Of a stretch of 64,000 bases of DNA, positions 61,845 to 64,000 are shown piece after piece. A program made the position numbers and the translations under genes. The notes under the pieces were generated by a model. It was not told the DNA's origin and ran no database searches. It saw only the letters and a list, made by a program, of their open reading frames with translations. The stretch lies in assembly GCA_043228905.1 (NCBI GenBank), contig JBHGNT010000011.1:11532001-11596000 (forward strand), read 5' to 3'. The stretch comes from Azolla caroliniana. Lineage: Eukaryota; Plantae; Polypodiophyta. Position 1 is the stretch's first letter; each line of letters opens with the position of its first letter.

Positions 61845-63777
61845 CTGCAAAGTATTCATTTACAACATTGTGACCAATCATCAGCATACAGAATATAGAG
61901 ATTTATAGGGTTAAAAGATATTCTCCATAATCTGCAGCCAAGACTAGTGATGGTTCATTTTCTCAGCATTTATATCATCAAGTAATGTCAAATACACGAC
62001 TCAACATGTTGAGATATTTCTAGTACCATAAAAATGTCTGAAGTGATAATCAATTTCAACTTGCTTTTCATGATGTGTTCAAGCCTGATTATGTGATCCT
62101 AGTAAATGTGCAGGACCACCTATACTTATGGACACTTTTATTACTATCGGGAAACCTCAACGTGAGGTGAAAACCCACAAAGAATAAAGAGAAGTATACA
62201 AGTGTCGATTAGATACTAAAGAGCTCAGAAGCAATCAAAGTAAAGAGTGTAAAGTTGTTGTGTGATGTCTCTTAAGTTGTGGACACTCTAACAGAGATTG
62301 CTGAGGGATTGCTTAAAGAAGCTAACTTCATGCAGTTGGTGTCAATCAAAGACCTTACTATTTTGGGCCATCCCGATGGTCCAGAGAGCCCAAAATCTTG
62401 TCCATTGAAGCAAATAGGCATTGCTGGATAGGGCGTACAGAATCTGTCCAAATAGCCAAAAGTGCTTCCCAAATCTCAGCCAGCAAATCTGTGAGAAATT
62501 TCAACCAATTAAACTATAAGCCCATTGCTGGCTGGCTGGCTGTTAGCCCTCTCAAGTAATAGAGTCGATGGATCTGTTGAGCAACACTGATCTGAACGGT
62601 ATGACTGAAATGTAATCGTTTTGTTTGCAGGCAAATAGACAACATATTCCTAGGGGGGGTTTTACCGATGCAGCACGCACGAAAAAATCGACTCGACTTT
62701 TCTTCGATGATTTAGACAGAGATGAACTTAGTCTGTGGGAAACCACCTATATTTATGAGATGCATTTCCAATAGATTGAATCTTCGATATTGAATATTAC
62801 ATAGCCCAGGGGAGGAGAATCTCACTGGTAATAAAGCTTCACAAGTCTTGACTTAAAAACCATCTTCAATGAGAGTCTTGCCCTTACCAGAGAGAGCTTA
62901 CTATGATGATACACCAAATATGCCATGTTTTCCTTCTTACAAGGTTGCAACGGGTGAAAACATCTGAATGAGATCATTGTAGTAAACCATCATATGCCTG
63001 CTTACTCCCAGTTCGCACATTGAAGTCCCTTAGTAGAATGTCCTTACTAGCTCCAAAGCTTATCATGTCCTCATATAGCAACAAATAACATGACTCTACA
63101 AGAGGTGCAAACCTTGAGTAGGCCAGTGCAAAAATGGCAAACTACTACAAAGAGGTGTCTGAGATTTTCTGTAGATATCAGAATCCAAATATCCTGTGCC
63201 TCGCCATCTCTATGCATCGGACAAACTATAAACTGCTATTTTATTTATATGGCACTAGAGCTTCCTTTTTATGTATGGCTGAGGACGAAATATTGTTCCA
63301 TATGTGCATCAAGACTTCACTTCCAACATATTGATGTGCGTTTTGTGTACATGGCAATATCTATGATTTTAAAAATATCTTCAGTCTGTCCACATCTGTC
63401 TGGTTTCCTTGCATCGATTATCTATGGCACATTCTCTTTTTATGATATGCTACCTGATCTTCATTCAAATGCATCGTCTCTCGAGTGTTTTCTCTTGAAG
63501 AGGATCTTCCTTTTTCTCCACATCTCAACTACGGCCTCTTTCTCTCAAGCCATTTATCCCTACTTTCAATATGACCAAAATGGGGATTTCAGACTAAATT
63601 ATCTTTATTTGAAGAGTTCCAATGGCTTCTTGTGGTCCACCTTTTTCTGCTCACCCAATTACCTCATATGTAATTGGACTCTTGTTCAATTACAATTGAG
63701 CTTTCCTTTGGACTCTTGTTCAAGAGTTGCATTAAAATTTAATCATTGACATTTCTTTGCGTTTCTTGTCCATGGTG

Positions 63778-63900
63778 TGTTCTTGCTTTCATCTATGGGC
63801 ATTCTCTGCTTACGTTTATATAAACATGACATTCTTGCTTACGGATAGTTTATATATATGTTCTTGCTTTCATCTATGGGCATTCTCTGCTTACGTTTAT
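63778..63900 (+). repeat. Short direct repeat (~42 bp, two copies)
   Basis: tgttcttgctttcatctatgggcattctctgcttacgtttat occurs twice. Confidence 0.8.
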
Positions 63901-64000
63901 CAACATATTCAAATATATAAACTATCCGCCCATCTACTTGACATTTTCGTAAGCCATCAATCGTAGACTGACCACATCAAATCAAGGATATCCTCCTAAC

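Noticed and set aside
63090-63749. 219-aa ORF
   Set aside because: No recognisable motif and a composition typical of chance AT-rich ORFs or TE debris

Overview
Eukaryotic nuclear DNA from a land plant. It is probably seed-free (fern/lycophyte-like), inferred from RTEX-type LINEs, non-chromovirus Ty3/gypsy elements and a non-angiosperm-type psbA fragment. Main contents: (i) a ~26 kb, ~32-exon + strand gene (15077-41137, ~2330 aa) encoding a very divergent RME-8/DNAJC13/GRV2-family protein that keeps all four IWN repeats but appears to lack the J-domain; (ii) the 3' exons of a conserved uncharacterised plant gene on the - strand (~60.8-61.8 kb); (iii) many mostly decayed transposons. These are two related Ty3/gypsy elements with a long extra coiled-coil ORF after pol (one complete, with LTRs and TSD, nested in a Ty1/copia), two Ty1/copia elements, several RTEX-like LINEs, an L1 fragment, a long foldback inverted repeat and a probable solo LTR. 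The most unusual signal is in the complete gypsy element: it has no polypurine tract. A copy of a tRNA-Arg-like 3' end (T-stem plus acceptor strand plus CCA) abuts its 3' LTR, so the element has primer-binding-site-like sequences in inverted orientation inside both LTRs. Also notable is a ~150 bp plastid psbA fragment inside a copia pol gene. All family assignments come from motifs recognised by eye and from memory; no searches were run.
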